Below are positions 27,709-36,862 of a stretch of 64,000 nucleotides of DNA, one piece after another. Where the stretch lies: NCBI GenBank assembly GCA_964408775.1, contig CAYPAP010000002.1, positions 65,109 through 129,108 of the forward strand, written 5' to 3'. This DNA is from an uncultured Gammaproteobacteria bacterium (GTDB taxonomy: Bacteria; Patescibacteriota; Patescibacteriia; Patescibacteriales; UBA12465). The notes beneath the pieces were generated by a model. The model was not told where the DNA came from, ran no database searches, and saw only the letters and a program-made list of their open reading frames with translations. A program made the translations under genes and the position numbers. The stretch's first letter is position 1, and every line of letters begins with the position of its first letter.

Positions 27709-28440
27709 TTAGTTTTTTATTAAATTATTTAAAAAGATAAATAGAAAATATGTATAGTAAATCCCAACCCCTAAAAAGACAAAAGATACTAAATAACGAA
27801 TTATTTTTTCTGCTTTTTGCACTTTTTTAAAAGCTTTATTTAAACTTTTAAAACTAAAAGCAATAATAAAGGCAAAAAGTATAACTGGTAAGGCACTACC
27901 AATAGAAAAGGCTGGAGCTAAAAGTAATCCTCCCGGAGTGCTTAGGACCATGGGAATTAAGACAGCAAAAAATAATATTCCTCCATATGGACAAAAGGCT
28001 AGGGCGAATAAAACTCCCAATAAGAAGGCTCCCCAGGACCCCTTTTTAGCCATTTTGCCTTTTATTTTTTCAAAAAAATCACCATTACCTATTCTGAGAT
28101 TAATTCTAATAAGACCGAGCATGGCCAGGGCAATAATTATTAATATTGGCCCCAATATTTTATCACCCCAAAATTGTAAAAATCTTCCAATTTGAAATCC
28201 AGATAAACCAAAATATATTAAAGTGGCTAATAAGGTGTAAGAGACTAAACGTCCCAAGCTATAAAATAATCCATCTAAAATAACGGTTTTTATTTTTTCG
28301 GTTCTTTTAGAGATATAGGCTATCGCAGCGATGTTGGTTGTTAAAGCACAGGGGCTAAGAGCCATTAATATTCCTAGAAAAAAGGCAACCAAGAGTGGAA
28401 AGCTAGAATTATCAATTAGTAGATTTATAAAATTAATCAT
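27709..28440 (-). CDS. CcdA/DsbD-family thiol-disulfide transporter-like membrane protein
   Basis: 243 aa, six TMs. LSPCAL motif in TM1 and a second Cys (FCPYG) in a later TM. Confidence 0.7.
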   Translation of the reverse strand: MINFINLLIDNSSFPLLVAFFLGILMALSPCALTTNIAAIAYISKRTEKIKTVILDGLFYSLGRLVSYTLLATLIYFGLSGFQIGRFLQFWGDKILGPILIIIALAMLGLIRINLRIGNGDFFEKIKGKMAKKGSWGAFLLGVLFALAFCPYGGILFFAVLIPMVLSTPGGLLLAPAFSIGSALPVILFAFIIAFSFKSLNKAFKKVQKAEKIIRYLVSFVFLGVGIYYTYFLFIFLNNLIKN

Positions 28441-28441
28441 A

Positions 28442-28882
28442 TTATTTTAGGTTGTCATTAATTTTTTTAATAATATAATTTTCAAAAGCCTGGTCATTAC
28501 CGACTAAGCGCCAGACATTAGCGTCCTCGGATATGTTTTCTTGTCCATCAATTATAAAATTAAAAAATAAAGAAGAACCCCGAGCTTGGTATTTATTAGC
28601 AATATCTTTATTTTTAGGATTATCAACATTTATATCTTTTAAAATTATTTTCCCGGTTTGGTATTCTTCTCGGAATTTTTTATCAACAATTTCAAAAACT
28701 TTATTTCCAACGTAAACACAGGAGTAGCATTGGTTGGTAGAATAGAATTTTACTATTTCAATTTTTTCAGCTTTAGCCTTTTCTGGTGAGCTTTTAACAT
28801 CCTTATCGCTAGTCTCTAGGCTGCAGGCCGATAAAATTATTAGAAGAACAAAAAGTGATAATAATTTTAATATTTTTTTCAT
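28442..28882 (-). CDS. lipoprotein with a CxxC motif (thioredoxin-like, putative)
   Basis: Lipobox LSACS. TNQCYSCVYVG CxxC; 146 aa. It lies 1 nt from the next gene. Confidence 0.6.
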   Translation of the reverse strand: MKKILKLLSLFVLLIILSACSLETSDKDVKSSPEKAKAEKIEIVKFYSTNQCYSCVYVGNKVFEIVDKKFREEYQTGKIILKDINVDNPKNKDIANKYQARGSSLFFNFIIDGQENISEDANVWRLVGNDQAFENYIIKKINDNLK

Positions 28883-28914
28883 ATTCTTTTATTTCTTGTT
28901 TTTAATTTTATTTA

Positions 28915-30030
28915 TTAAATTATAGATCCAAAAATTAGACCGGCTAAGGTGGAATAAAATATTACCAAAAGTATATAGACTAGAGTTTTTTTATTACCCA
29001 AAACTTTTCTAATAACTAGCATATTCGGTAAGCTTAGTGATGGTCCGGCTAAAAGCAGGGCCAAGGCTGGGCCAGAGGACATTCCCTTGGCTATAAATTC
29101 TTTTAATATTGGAACTTCGGTTAAAGTAGAGAAATACATAAAAGCACCAAAGACAGAAGCAATTAAATTAGCCGAAACAGTGTTAGCTCCAACAACTTTA
29201 GTAATAAATTCCTGCGGTAATAGGGGAGAGATAAATCCAGCGATAAAGACCCCTATAAAAAGCAAGGGCAGTATCATCTTAGAAAAACCCCAGGTTTCTC
29301 TTAGCCAGTTTTTATTAGTTTCCTTGCTGAAGTCAAACAATGAAATATAGGTTATAGCGATTATAAGTAAAGCGGTTAGCCAATATTTTAATCCCTGATC
29401 AATAGCTAGGCCATTTACTACTAATATTGCCAACAGTGAAAAGAAAAATAAAAATATTTTCTTGGGACTTATTTTCTTGCTCTCACTTTTTTCTATAAAT
29501 AAATTACTTTCTTCGACTTTCTCTTTGAAAATAAAATTCATAGTCAGTCCGACTATGATGGCTAGAATTATGGAAGAAATTATTCTAGCTAAGCCAATAT
29601 TTAGTCCTAGAACAGAAATTGTTAAAAAGATAGCAGCAATGTTTATGGCTGGACCAGAAAACAAAAAGGTGATAGCGGGTCCTAGTCCAGCACCTCTTTT
29701 TCTTATCCCAGCGAACAACGGCAGAATAGTGCAAGAACAAATTGCTAAAACGGCCCCCGAAACTGAAGCAATGGAATATGATATTAGGGGTTTAACATTT
29801 TTGCCCAAGTATTTTAAAACCGCTTCTTTTTTTACTAAAACCACGATAGCTCCAGCAATAAAAAAAGCAGGTATTAGGCAGGTTAGAATATGTTCGCGGG
29901 CGTATTCTCTTAATAATTCTAAACCAGAAATTAGAGCTGGATAGAACCAAACAGTTTTACTAGGAAGGAAATAAAAAAAGAGAAAAATTATTATAATATA
30001 AGATAATTTATACCATTCTTTCTTGTTCAT
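28915..30030 (-). CDS. DUF318/ArsP-like permease
   Basis: 371 aa polytopic protein. AICSCTILPLFAGIRKRGAGLGPAITFLFSGPAINI is typical of the predicted-permease family that co-occurs with ArsR and redox-active disulfide protein 2. Confidence 0.75.
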   Translation of the reverse strand: MNKKEWYKLSYIIIIFLFFYFLPSKTVWFYPALISGLELLREYAREHILTCLIPAFFIAGAIVVLVKKEAVLKYLGKNVKPLISYSIASVSGAVLAICSCTILPLFAGIRKRGAGLGPAITFLFSGPAINIAAIFLTISVLGLNIGLARIISSIILAIIVGLTMNFIFKEKVEESNLFIEKSESKKISPKKIFLFFFSLLAILVVNGLAIDQGLKYWLTALLIIAITYISLFDFSKETNKNWLRETWGFSKMILPLLFIGVFIAGFISPLLPQEFITKVVGANTVSANLIASVFGAFMYFSTLTEVPILKEFIAKGMSSGPALALLLAGPSLSLPNMLVIRKVLGNKKTLVYILLVIFYSTLAGLIFGSII

Positions 30031-30036
30031 ATTGTT

Positions 30037-30270
30037 TTATTTAAGCCAAGTCTTAATTTCTTCGACCTCGACGATTCGACCAGCGCTTTTTACTTCTTCG
30101 TTTATAACTAGAGCTGGAGTGGACATTACCCCAAAGCCAATTATTTTATCAATATCTTCCACCTTCTCAATTTTAACATCCTTTAGTTCCATTTCCTCAA
30201 CAGCAAGTTCAACGTTGCTTTTTAATTTTTGGCAATTAGGGCAACCAGTACCCAGAATTTTGATATTCAT
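30037..30270 (-). CDS. thioredoxin-family small protein (redox-active disulfide protein 2 type)
   Basis: 77 aa. MNIKILGTGCPNCQKL with a GCPNC active site. Confidence 0.85.
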   Translation of the reverse strand: MNIKILGTGCPNCQKLKSNVELAVEEMELKDVKIEKVEDIDKIIGFGVMSTPALVINEEVKSAGRIVEVEEIKTWLK

Positions 30271-30280
30271 AATAATTAAA

Positions 30281-30607
30281 TTAATTTTTCTTTAAAAATA
30301 TTTTTAAGGAATATAAATATTTGTCTATATTTTTTTCGTTAATGGAATAAAAGGTTTTCAATCCTTGTTTTCGGGCTTTTAATAATCCCAGGTCTTTTAA
30401 GGTTTTAAGGTGATGTGAAACTAGATTTTGACTTAATTCTAGATTCTCCCAAATATCACAAACGCATTTGGGCCCAGTTTTTAAAATGCATAAAATCCGT
30501 AAACGATTTTCGTCAGAAATGATTTTCAAAAAATCGGTTAGGTCTAATAATTTTTTATCAACTTCTTTTCGTTGGCAACATTTTAATTTAGAAATTTTTT
30601 TGTTCAT
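30281..30607 (-). CDS. ArsR/SmtB-family metalloregulator
   Basis: 108 aa. LRILCIL..GPKCVCDI...LSQNLVSHHLKTLKDLGLL wHTH with a CVC metal site. First gene of the six-gene minus-strand operon. Confidence 0.9.
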   Translation of the reverse strand: MNKKISKLKCCQRKEVDKKLLDLTDFLKIISDENRLRILCILKTGPKCVCDIWENLELSQNLVSHHLKTLKDLGLLKARKQGLKTFYSINEKNIDKYLYSLKIFLKKN

Positions 30608-30791
30608 ATATTTTGATATTTAATATTTCCAGATGTTTCGAATGTTGTTTTTTAATCAATGGCAATTGATATAGTTTATTATAATTTAAATTAAAAATAG
30701 TGTCAAACATTTTCTTTATCTTTTTTTCATCTTGTTTTTATTATTCATTAATGATATAGTTATCTCAAATTAATAATTTATTTACACCCCA

Positions 30792-30810
30792 CCCAAGAAC
30801 CATTCTTGGG
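30792..30810. promoter_or_regulatory. perfect 8-bp palindrome upstream of uvrA (operator or RNA hairpin candidate)
   Basis: CCCAAGAA-CCA-TTCTTGGG, about 20-30 nt upstream of TATAAT boxes at 30833-30838 and 30843-30848. Confidence 0.3.
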
Positions 30811-30856
30811 CCTGTTTTCGTGTCTATTTAAATATAATTAAATATAATATAAAAAT

Positions 30857-33475
30857 ATGATAAATAATAATGATAAAATAATCATCCGAGGAGCTCGGAT
30901 GCACAACTTAAAAAATATTAGTCTAGAAATTCCTCATAATAAATTAACGGTTATTACCGGTGTTTCTGGTTCCGGAAAATCATCCCTAGCCTTTGATACT
31001 ATTTTTGCTGAGGGGCAAAGGCGCTACGTAGAATCCCTCTCTCCCTATATGCGTCAATTTTTGGGTCAAAAAAAGCCAGCTGAGGTAGATGAAATAATTG
31101 GTTTAGCTCCAGCTATTTCTATTGATCAAAAAGCCTTGTCACATAACCCTCGCTCTACTGTGGGAACCTTAACCGATATTTATGATTATTTAAGAGTTTT
31201 ATATGCCCGTTTAGGCGAAGTTTATTGTCCGAAATGTGATCACAAAATTGAAAAATTAACCTTAGAAGAAATGGTCGATATTTCCATTTCTCGTGCCAAA
31301 GAGTCTAAAGCTAAATATTTAACTATAATTTCACCCGTAGTTAGGGGCCGGAAAGGAGAATATTATCAATTATTATATGATTATTTATCTTTAGGTTATT
31401 CTTCGGCTAGAATTGATGGTAAAATTTATTCTTTACGTGATCAAATTAAGCTTAGTCCTAACAAAAAACACAATATTGATATAATTATTGACAAGGTTAT
31501 GCCTAGCGACGATTCGCGCTTGTTTGAGGCCATTGAAAACGCTATTGCCTATAGTAAGGGCTTGGTTTTTGTGTCCTTAGATGATAAAGATGAGTTTTTA
31601 TTATCCTCCAATTGGACTTGTCCCAATGATAGCTTTGCCTTTCCCGAGGTTGAACCACGTTTATTCTCCTTTAACTCTCCACATGGAGCTTGCCCGGCCT
31701 GTTCGGGTCTAGGTAAAATTGGTTTTTATGCTAATGAGGTTTGCCCGAAGTGTAATGGGCTTAGATTAAGAGAGGAGGCCTTGGCGGTTAAGATTAATAA
31801 AAAAAATATTGCCGAGGTTACATCTTTGTCGCTAGAAAAGGCGGGTGATTTTTTTGCTGAGGTTTTAGAGAAACTCAGCAAAAGAGAAATGAATATCGTT
31901 TCGGCAGTGATGCAGCAGATAATTGATCGTTTGGAATTTTTAAACAAGGTTGGATTGGGTTATTTAACTTTAAGTCGGGAGGCTGAAAGTTTGTCTGGTG
32001 GAGAGGCCCAGAGAATTCGTCTGTCTTCACAAATCGGTTCACAATTATCTCGGACTTTATATGTTTTAGATGAGCCAACTATTGGCTTGCACGAGCGCGA
32101 TACTTTTAAGTTAATAGAAACCCTAAAGTCTTTACGTGATAAGGGTAACACCGTTATTCTAGTGGAGCACGATGAGCAAACTATTATTAATTCTGATTTT
32201 TTGGTTGATTTAGGGCCAGAAGCCGGGATTTATGGCGGGGAAATAGTAGCTATTGGTGACACCAAGGAGTTAATAGAGGGGCTTGATATCGGGAATCAAA
32301 AGGATAAAATTAAGACCAAAAACAAGGGAGATAAAAAGGGTGGGAATAACGTTGAATCTCTTAAGACTGCCAAGGATAAAATTAGCTCGGGGTTTATTAA
32401 AAATTCCCTAACTATTGACTATCTAGGGGGCACCAAAAAAATAGCTATTCCCGTCAAAAGACGCCAGCAAAACAAGGGATTTTTGAAGATAAAGGGGGCT
32501 AGAGCTAATAATTTGAAGAATATTAATATTGAAATTCCTTTGGGGAGACTGGTCGGTTTGTGCGGAGTTTCTGGTTCGGGCAAGTCTTCACTTTTGTATG
32601 ATGTCTTGTATAAAAATGTTGTACAGATAAAAAACAATCCCGGTAAAGTTGGAAAATTGGTGGACGTTAAAGAAGTTAAGGGGGCTGAATATCTTAATAA
32701 GGTTTCTATAATTGATCAATCTCCTATTGGTCGAACGCCTCGTTCTAATCCCGCTACTTATACCGGAATATTTACTCCCATTAGGGACTTTTTTGCTGAA
32801 TTGCCAGCATCTAAGGAGCGAGCTTATACCTTGTCTCGTTTTTCTTTTAATCGGGCTGGCGGGCGTTGCGAGGCTTGCCAAGGGGCTGGTTTCAATTTAA
32901 TAGAAATGCATTTCTTGCCAGCTGTTTTAGTGGAATGTGAGGTTTGTCGAGGCAAGCGCTTTAATCGCGAAACTTTACAGGTTGAGTATAAGGGGCATAA
33001 TATTTCTGATGTTTTAAATTTAAGCGTGGAAGAGGCGATAAAATTATTTGATGGTAATTATTATATCACTGATAAATTAAATGTTTTAAAGTCGGTTGGT
33101 TTAGGGTATTTGAAGTTGGGTCAAAGTGCTACGACTTTGTCAGGCGGTGAAGCTCAGAGGGTAAAAATTTCTAAGGAGTTAACTTATACCTTGGGTCAGA
33201 AAACTTTGTATTTATTAGATGAGCCAACGACTGGCTTACATTATCGGGATATTGAATTATTGCTTCAGATTTTGAATAAACTGGTGGAAAAAGGGCATAC
33301 GGTGGTAGTTATTGAACATAATATGCATATGTTGAAATCAATGGATTATTTAATTGACTTGGGACCGGACGGGGGAGAGAAAGGTGGTTATTTATTGGCT
33401 AGTGGTGAGCCAGAGGATATTATTAGAAATGATAAAAGTATTACTGGAAAATATTTAAAGCCTTATTTAAAATAA
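30857..33475 (+). CDS. uvrA: excinuclease ABC subunit A
   Basis: Two ABC modules (GVSGSGKSSL twice, LSGGEAQR twice, LDEPT twice) and zinc modules (CPKC..., CEACQGAG...CEVCRGKR); 872 aa. Confidence 0.96.
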   Translation: MINNNDKIIIRGARMHNLKNISLEIPHNKLTVITGVSGSGKSSLAFDTIFAEGQRRYVESLSPYMRQFLGQKKPAEVDEIIGLAPAISIDQKALSHNPRSTVGTLTDIYDYLRVLYARLGEVYCPKCDHKIEKLTLEEMVDISISRAKESKAKYLTIISPVVRGRKGEYYQLLYDYLSLGYSSARIDGKIYSLRDQIKLSPNKKHNIDIIIDKVMPSDDSRLFEAIENAIAYSKGLVFVSLDDKDEFLLSSNWTCPNDSFAFPEVEPRLFSFNSPHGACPACSGLGKIGFYANEVCPKCNGLRLREEALAVKINKKNIAEVTSLSLEKAGDFFAEVLEKLSKREMNIVSAVMQQIIDRLEFLNKVGLGYLTLSREAESLSGGEAQRIRLSSQIGSQLSRTLYVLDEPTIGLHERDTFKLIETLKSLRDKGNTVILVEHDEQTIINSDFLVDLGPEAGIYGGEIVAIGDTKELIEGLDIGNQKDKIKTKNKGDKKGGNNVESLKTAKDKISSGFIKNSLTIDYLGGTKKIAIPVKRRQQNKGFLKIKGARANNLKNINIEIPLGRLVGLCGVSGSGKSSLLYDVLYKNVVQIKNNPGKVGKLVDVKEVKGAEYLNKVSIIDQSPIGRTPRSNPATYTGIFTPIRDFFAELPASKERAYTLSRFSFNRAGGRCEACQGAGFNLIEMHFLPAVLVECEVCRGKRFNRETLQVEYKGHNISDVLNLSVEEAIKLFDGNYYITDKLNVLKSVGLGYLKLGQSATTLSGGEAQRVKISKELTYTLGQKTLYLLDEPTTGLHYRDIELLLQILNKLVEKGHTVVVIEHNMHMLKSMDYLIDLGPDGGEKGGYLLASGEPEDIIRNDKSITGKYLKPYLK

Positions 33476-33636
33476 TTTTAAAAAATATTTTAATATTTAT
33501 ATATTCTCCTTGTTTTATAGGTATTGATTTTTTCTAAAATATTTGCTATCATTAAATCAATACAAGACGAAGAGGGTCCCGAAGCTTGGTTGGCAATAAA
33601 ACCGAGAAGTAGGTCCCCTTTTTATTTTGTAAAAGC

Positions 33637-34143
33637 TTAGAATTTCTTTTTAATAAGATGTCTAACTTGAAATAAATAATCAAAATGGCGTCCCCTTATT
33701 TGTTTATACAAAGAGGAATAAAACTTTCTATTTGGAAATAATATTTTTTCAAATTTATTTTTTTCTATTAAATATTTTACTAGTTTTATATAATCGCCGT
33801 CTCCTGATACTAGTAATACTTTTCCGAAATCTTCTTTTTCACAAATTTTTTTCATTATATCAAAAATAATATCCGAATCGACATTGCCTTTTTTATTACT
33901 GAGCATTGAATTAATATGCTCTTTATTTATTATAATGAATCCTGCTTCTTTTATTTTATTATAAATACCTGAGTTTTTTGTAATAATTTGTCCAATATAA
34001 TAGTAAGCCTTTTTTACTTGATATTTTTTATATAAGTATTTTCTAAATTTAAACAAATCAATAACCCAGGGAGGATCTTCTGAGTTTGTACCCATATATA
34101 GGTTTTGCCCGTCAATAAAGGCGTAATTTTTGTAATTATTCAT
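33637..34143 (-). CDS. NYN-domain (LabA/PIN-like) protein
   Basis: 168 aa. AFIDGQNLY, NVDSDIIFDIM, LVSGDGDY. Confidence 0.75.
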   Translation of the reverse strand: MNNYKNYAFIDGQNLYMGTNSEDPPWVIDLFKFRKYLYKKYQVKKAYYYIGQIITKNSGIYNKIKEAGFIIINKEHINSMLSNKKGNVDSDIIFDIMKKICEKEDFGKVLLVSGDGDYIKLVKYLIEKNKFEKILFPNRKFYSSLYKQIRGRHFDYLFQVRHLIKKKF

Positions 34144-34270
34144 ATATTTTCTTAATTTTATATTAATCTTAATGATAACAAAAACCCTATAATTTTATCT
34201 TAAATTATTTATAATAAATATTTAAATTTTCCCTATTATTTCAAAGGGATTTTTATGCTATAATATCTTT

Positions 34271-35428
34271 ATGATTAATTTAAAACCACAATTAAAAAAT
34301 ATTCCCCGGTCTCCTGGTATCTATTTTTGGCTCAATTCATCCAATAAGGTTTTGTACGTCGGTCGGGCTACAAACCTGAAAAACCGTCTGTCGCAGTATT
34401 TTTTAAGTAACGTTGATCCTCGAATAAAGGAAATGGTATCTCAAGCTAGAAAAATAAAAACCATTCAGACTGAAACAGTATTAGAAGCTATAATTCTAGA
34501 GGCTAAATATATTAAAAAATATTGGCCCAAGTATAATATTAAAAATAGAGATGACAGATCTTTTATTTACGTCATTATTCCTAAAAAAGATTTTTCTTAT
34601 CCTTTAACTATTCGAGGAAAAGATTTGGCTAAATACTCTCCTGACAAAAATGAAATTTTTGGCCCTTATCAATCTCTAACTTTAATAAAAAATGCGCTAA
34701 GAATAATTAGAAGAATTTTCCCTTACGGCACTTGTTCGCCCAATTCGGGTCGAGCTTGTTTTGATTATCAGATCGGGCTTTGTCCAGGATCTTGCTTGGG
34801 GGATGTTAATAAAAAAGATTATCGTAAAAATATTAAAAAAATATCGCTTTTACTTCAAGGAAAGAAAGAGTTTTTATTAAAAAAAATAAGCAAAGAAAAT
34901 CCAAATCAGGCTCGAGCTTTACAGCATCTCCAAGATGTTTCCTTATTGGAAAGGGAAGCGGGGCTTGCTAAAATTGGCTTTAATAGAATAGAAGCTTATG
35001 ATATTTCTCATTTTTCTGGAAAGGAAGCCTATGGATCTATGGTGGTTTTGGATTCTTATGGTCAACCCGATAAAAAAGAATACCGTTTGTTTAAGATAAA
35101 AAATGATTTTTTGAGCGATGATTTAAGAGCCTTAAAAGAAGTTCTGTCTCGTCGATTAGAGCATCAGGAATGGCCTCAACCTGATCTGATACTAATAGAC
35201 GGTGGTCGTCCTCAATTAGAGTTCTTGTCTAAATTGTTTAAAAAATATAAAATAGAAAATGTTGTTGGTTTGTCTAAGTTTTCCGGAGATAAATTGGTTT
35301 TTTTGAGTAGCTCGGACACTTTTCAGAAAAAAGTTAATAATATTAAAAATAATTTGCTTTTAGCTCGAGACGAGGCTCATCGTTTTGCTAATTCAGCTCG
35401 CAAAAGAAATCTTAAAAATAAATTTTAA
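34271..35428 (+). CDS. uvrC: minimal excinuclease ABC subunit C (GIY-YIG + Cys region + RNase-H-like endonuclease domain; no UVR motif, no (HhH)2)
   Basis: GIYFWLNSSNKVLYVGRATNLKNRL, CFDYQIGLCPGSC, RIEAYDISHFSG, LILIDGGRPQL, and ARDEAHRFANSARKR near the C-terminus. It is 385 aa, versus the ~600 aa that is typical. Confidence 0.88.
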   Translation: MINLKPQLKNIPRSPGIYFWLNSSNKVLYVGRATNLKNRLSQYFLSNVDPRIKEMVSQARKIKTIQTETVLEAIILEAKYIKKYWPKYNIKNRDDRSFIYVIIPKKDFSYPLTIRGKDLAKYSPDKNEIFGPYQSLTLIKNALRIIRRIFPYGTCSPNSGRACFDYQIGLCPGSCLGDVNKKDYRKNIKKISLLLQGKKEFLLKKISKENPNQARALQHLQDVSLLEREAGLAKIGFNRIEAYDISHFSGKEAYGSMVVLDSYGQPDKKEYRLFKIKNDFLSDDLRALKEVLSRRLEHQEWPQPDLILIDGGRPQLEFLSKLFKKYKIENVVGLSKFSGDKLVFLSSSDTFQKKVNNIKNNLLLARDEAHRFANSARKRNLKNKF

Positions 35429-35432
35429 AAAT

Positions 35433-36194
35433 ATGAGTAGAAACAAAAAAATAAAAATTGCTTCATTGATGTTGTATGTTCTTTTGGCCTGTTCGTTTGT
35501 TTTTTATTTTAAACCCGTTTATATCCTCTCAATAGCAGTAGTTTTAGTTCCGCCGAGTATAGTTAACTTTCTTTGGTTAAAAAACTCTCGCTCCAAGGTT
35601 TTAATTTTTTCTCTGGCAGCAACACTTCTTTTTGCTCCGCCTATAGAGTTAATGGCTAGAATTAAAGATGTTTGGGACGTGGTTTCAATTTTTCCTCGAC
35701 CTTTTGGATTAATACCTCTGGAAAATATGCTTTTTGCCTTTTTAAATTTTTTCTGGGCTCTATCTTTCTATGAATATTTTACCGACAAGGATTTACCGAC
35801 AAAGATTAATAAAAAGTTTAAGTATTTATTGGGATTATTCGTTGTTTTCTCAATACTTGTTTTTTCTTTATATTTCTATAATAATGAATTGGTCGGTTTA
35901 AATTATTTTACGATAGCTCTCATTTATCTGATTATTCCGTCAGTAATAATTTTTTCAAAAAACTCCCGACTTATTAAGAAAACAATTTTGACTACAATAT
36001 TTTTTGCTATAGTATTTTTTGTTTATGAGTTAGTATCGCTTAAGGTTGGTAGTTGGTTTTGGCCAGGGGAATATCTTTTTCCTATTGTTATTTGGGGAGA
36101 AATTTTTCCTTTAGATGATGTTATTATTTGGTACTTTTTATCAACTCCGGCTCTAATAGCTGGTTATGAGTTTTTTGCTGATGATTTTAAATAA
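35433..36194 (+). CDS. polytopic membrane protein, possibly a lycopene-cyclase-domain family member
   Basis: The start is moved to the ATG at 35433. Two halves each carry a P.E/D-type motif (IPLENMLFAF, FPLDDVIIWYF). The assignment is tentative. Confidence 0.55.
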   Translation: MSRNKKIKIASLMLYVLLACSFVFYFKPVYILSIAVVLVPPSIVNFLWLKNSRSKVLIFSLAATLLFAPPIELMARIKDVWDVVSIFPRPFGLIPLENMLFAFLNFFWALSFYEYFTDKDLPTKINKKFKYLLGLFVVFSILVFSLYFYNNELVGLNYFTIALIYLIIPSVIIFSKNSRLIKKTILTTIFFAIVFFVYELVSLKVGSWFWPGEYLFPIVIWGEIFPLDDVIIWYFLSTPALIAGYEFFADDFK

Positions 36195-36219
36195 ATAAAA
36201 ATTATAAGAATAAGCAAAA

Positions 36220-36248
36220 ATGACAATTGTTTTTGTTTATGTTATAAT
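36220..36248 (+). promoter_or_regulatory. sigma70-like promoter ATGACA-17-TATAAT
   Basis: ATGACA at 36220-36225, a 17-nt spacer, TATAAT at 36243-36248. It lies 30 nt upstream of the ATG at 36279. Confidence 0.4.
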
Positions 36249-36278
36249 AAAAAACTAAAATTATTAAAATATAAAATT

Positions 36279-36845
36279 ATGAAAAAGGTATTATTAATAC
36301 TGGCTCACCCCAATAAAGACTCTCTTAGCGCCAAATTATTAGATTTCTATTATCATGGCGCCACTGAAAAGGGGTATGAGATTCGTCAATTTTTTTTAGG
36401 AGATATTAATTTTGATTTGAATTTAGCTAAGGGCTATAAAGAGATACAAGAATTAGAACCGGATCTAAAAAAGGCTCAAGAAAATATTGTTTGGGCCGAT
36501 CACTTGGTGTTTGCTTTTCCTATTTGGTGGTATTCTTTCCCAGCGTTACTAAAAGGCTTTATTGATAGAGTGTTTTTGCCAGGATTTGCCTTTAAGTATA
36601 AAGAAGGCTCACCTGTGCCAGAAAAATTACTACAAGGAAAGACGGCTGATATTATTTGCACCTCAGGCGCACCTAAAATTAATTATTTCTTAAAGAATGG
36701 AAATATTGGCCCAAAATTATTGAAAAATATTTTAAAATTTTGTGGAATCAAAACTAGAAAAAGTGTTCTTATAGGGTCAGTTGTTGCTGAGCTATCAGAT
36801 GATAAGTTGGAGTATTATAAAAAGTTAGTCTCAAAAATAATTTAA
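36279..36845 (+). CDS. flavodoxin-like-fold NAD(P)H dehydrogenase (quinone) family protein
   Basis: KVLLILAHPNKDSLSAKL, WADHLVFAFPIWWYSFPALLKGFIDRVF. Confidence 0.8.
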   Translation: MKKVLLILAHPNKDSLSAKLLDFYYHGATEKGYEIRQFFLGDINFDLNLAKGYKEIQELEPDLKKAQENIVWADHLVFAFPIWWYSFPALLKGFIDRVFLPGFAFKYKEGSPVPEKLLQGKTADIICTSGAPKINYFLKNGNIGPKLLKNILKFCGIKTRKSVLIGSVVAELSDDKLEYYKKLVSKII

Positions 36846-36862
36846 AGTTAAAATAAAAAACT

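Noticed and set aside
33521-33625. Hairpins in the uvrA/NYN intergenic region (GTATTGATTT...AAATCAATAC, CTTGGTT...AACCGAG) as a possible small RNA
   Set aside because: The stems are AT-rich and short. I could not match them to SRP, 6S, tmRNA or any riboswitch consensus. They are most simply terminator or spacer structure.
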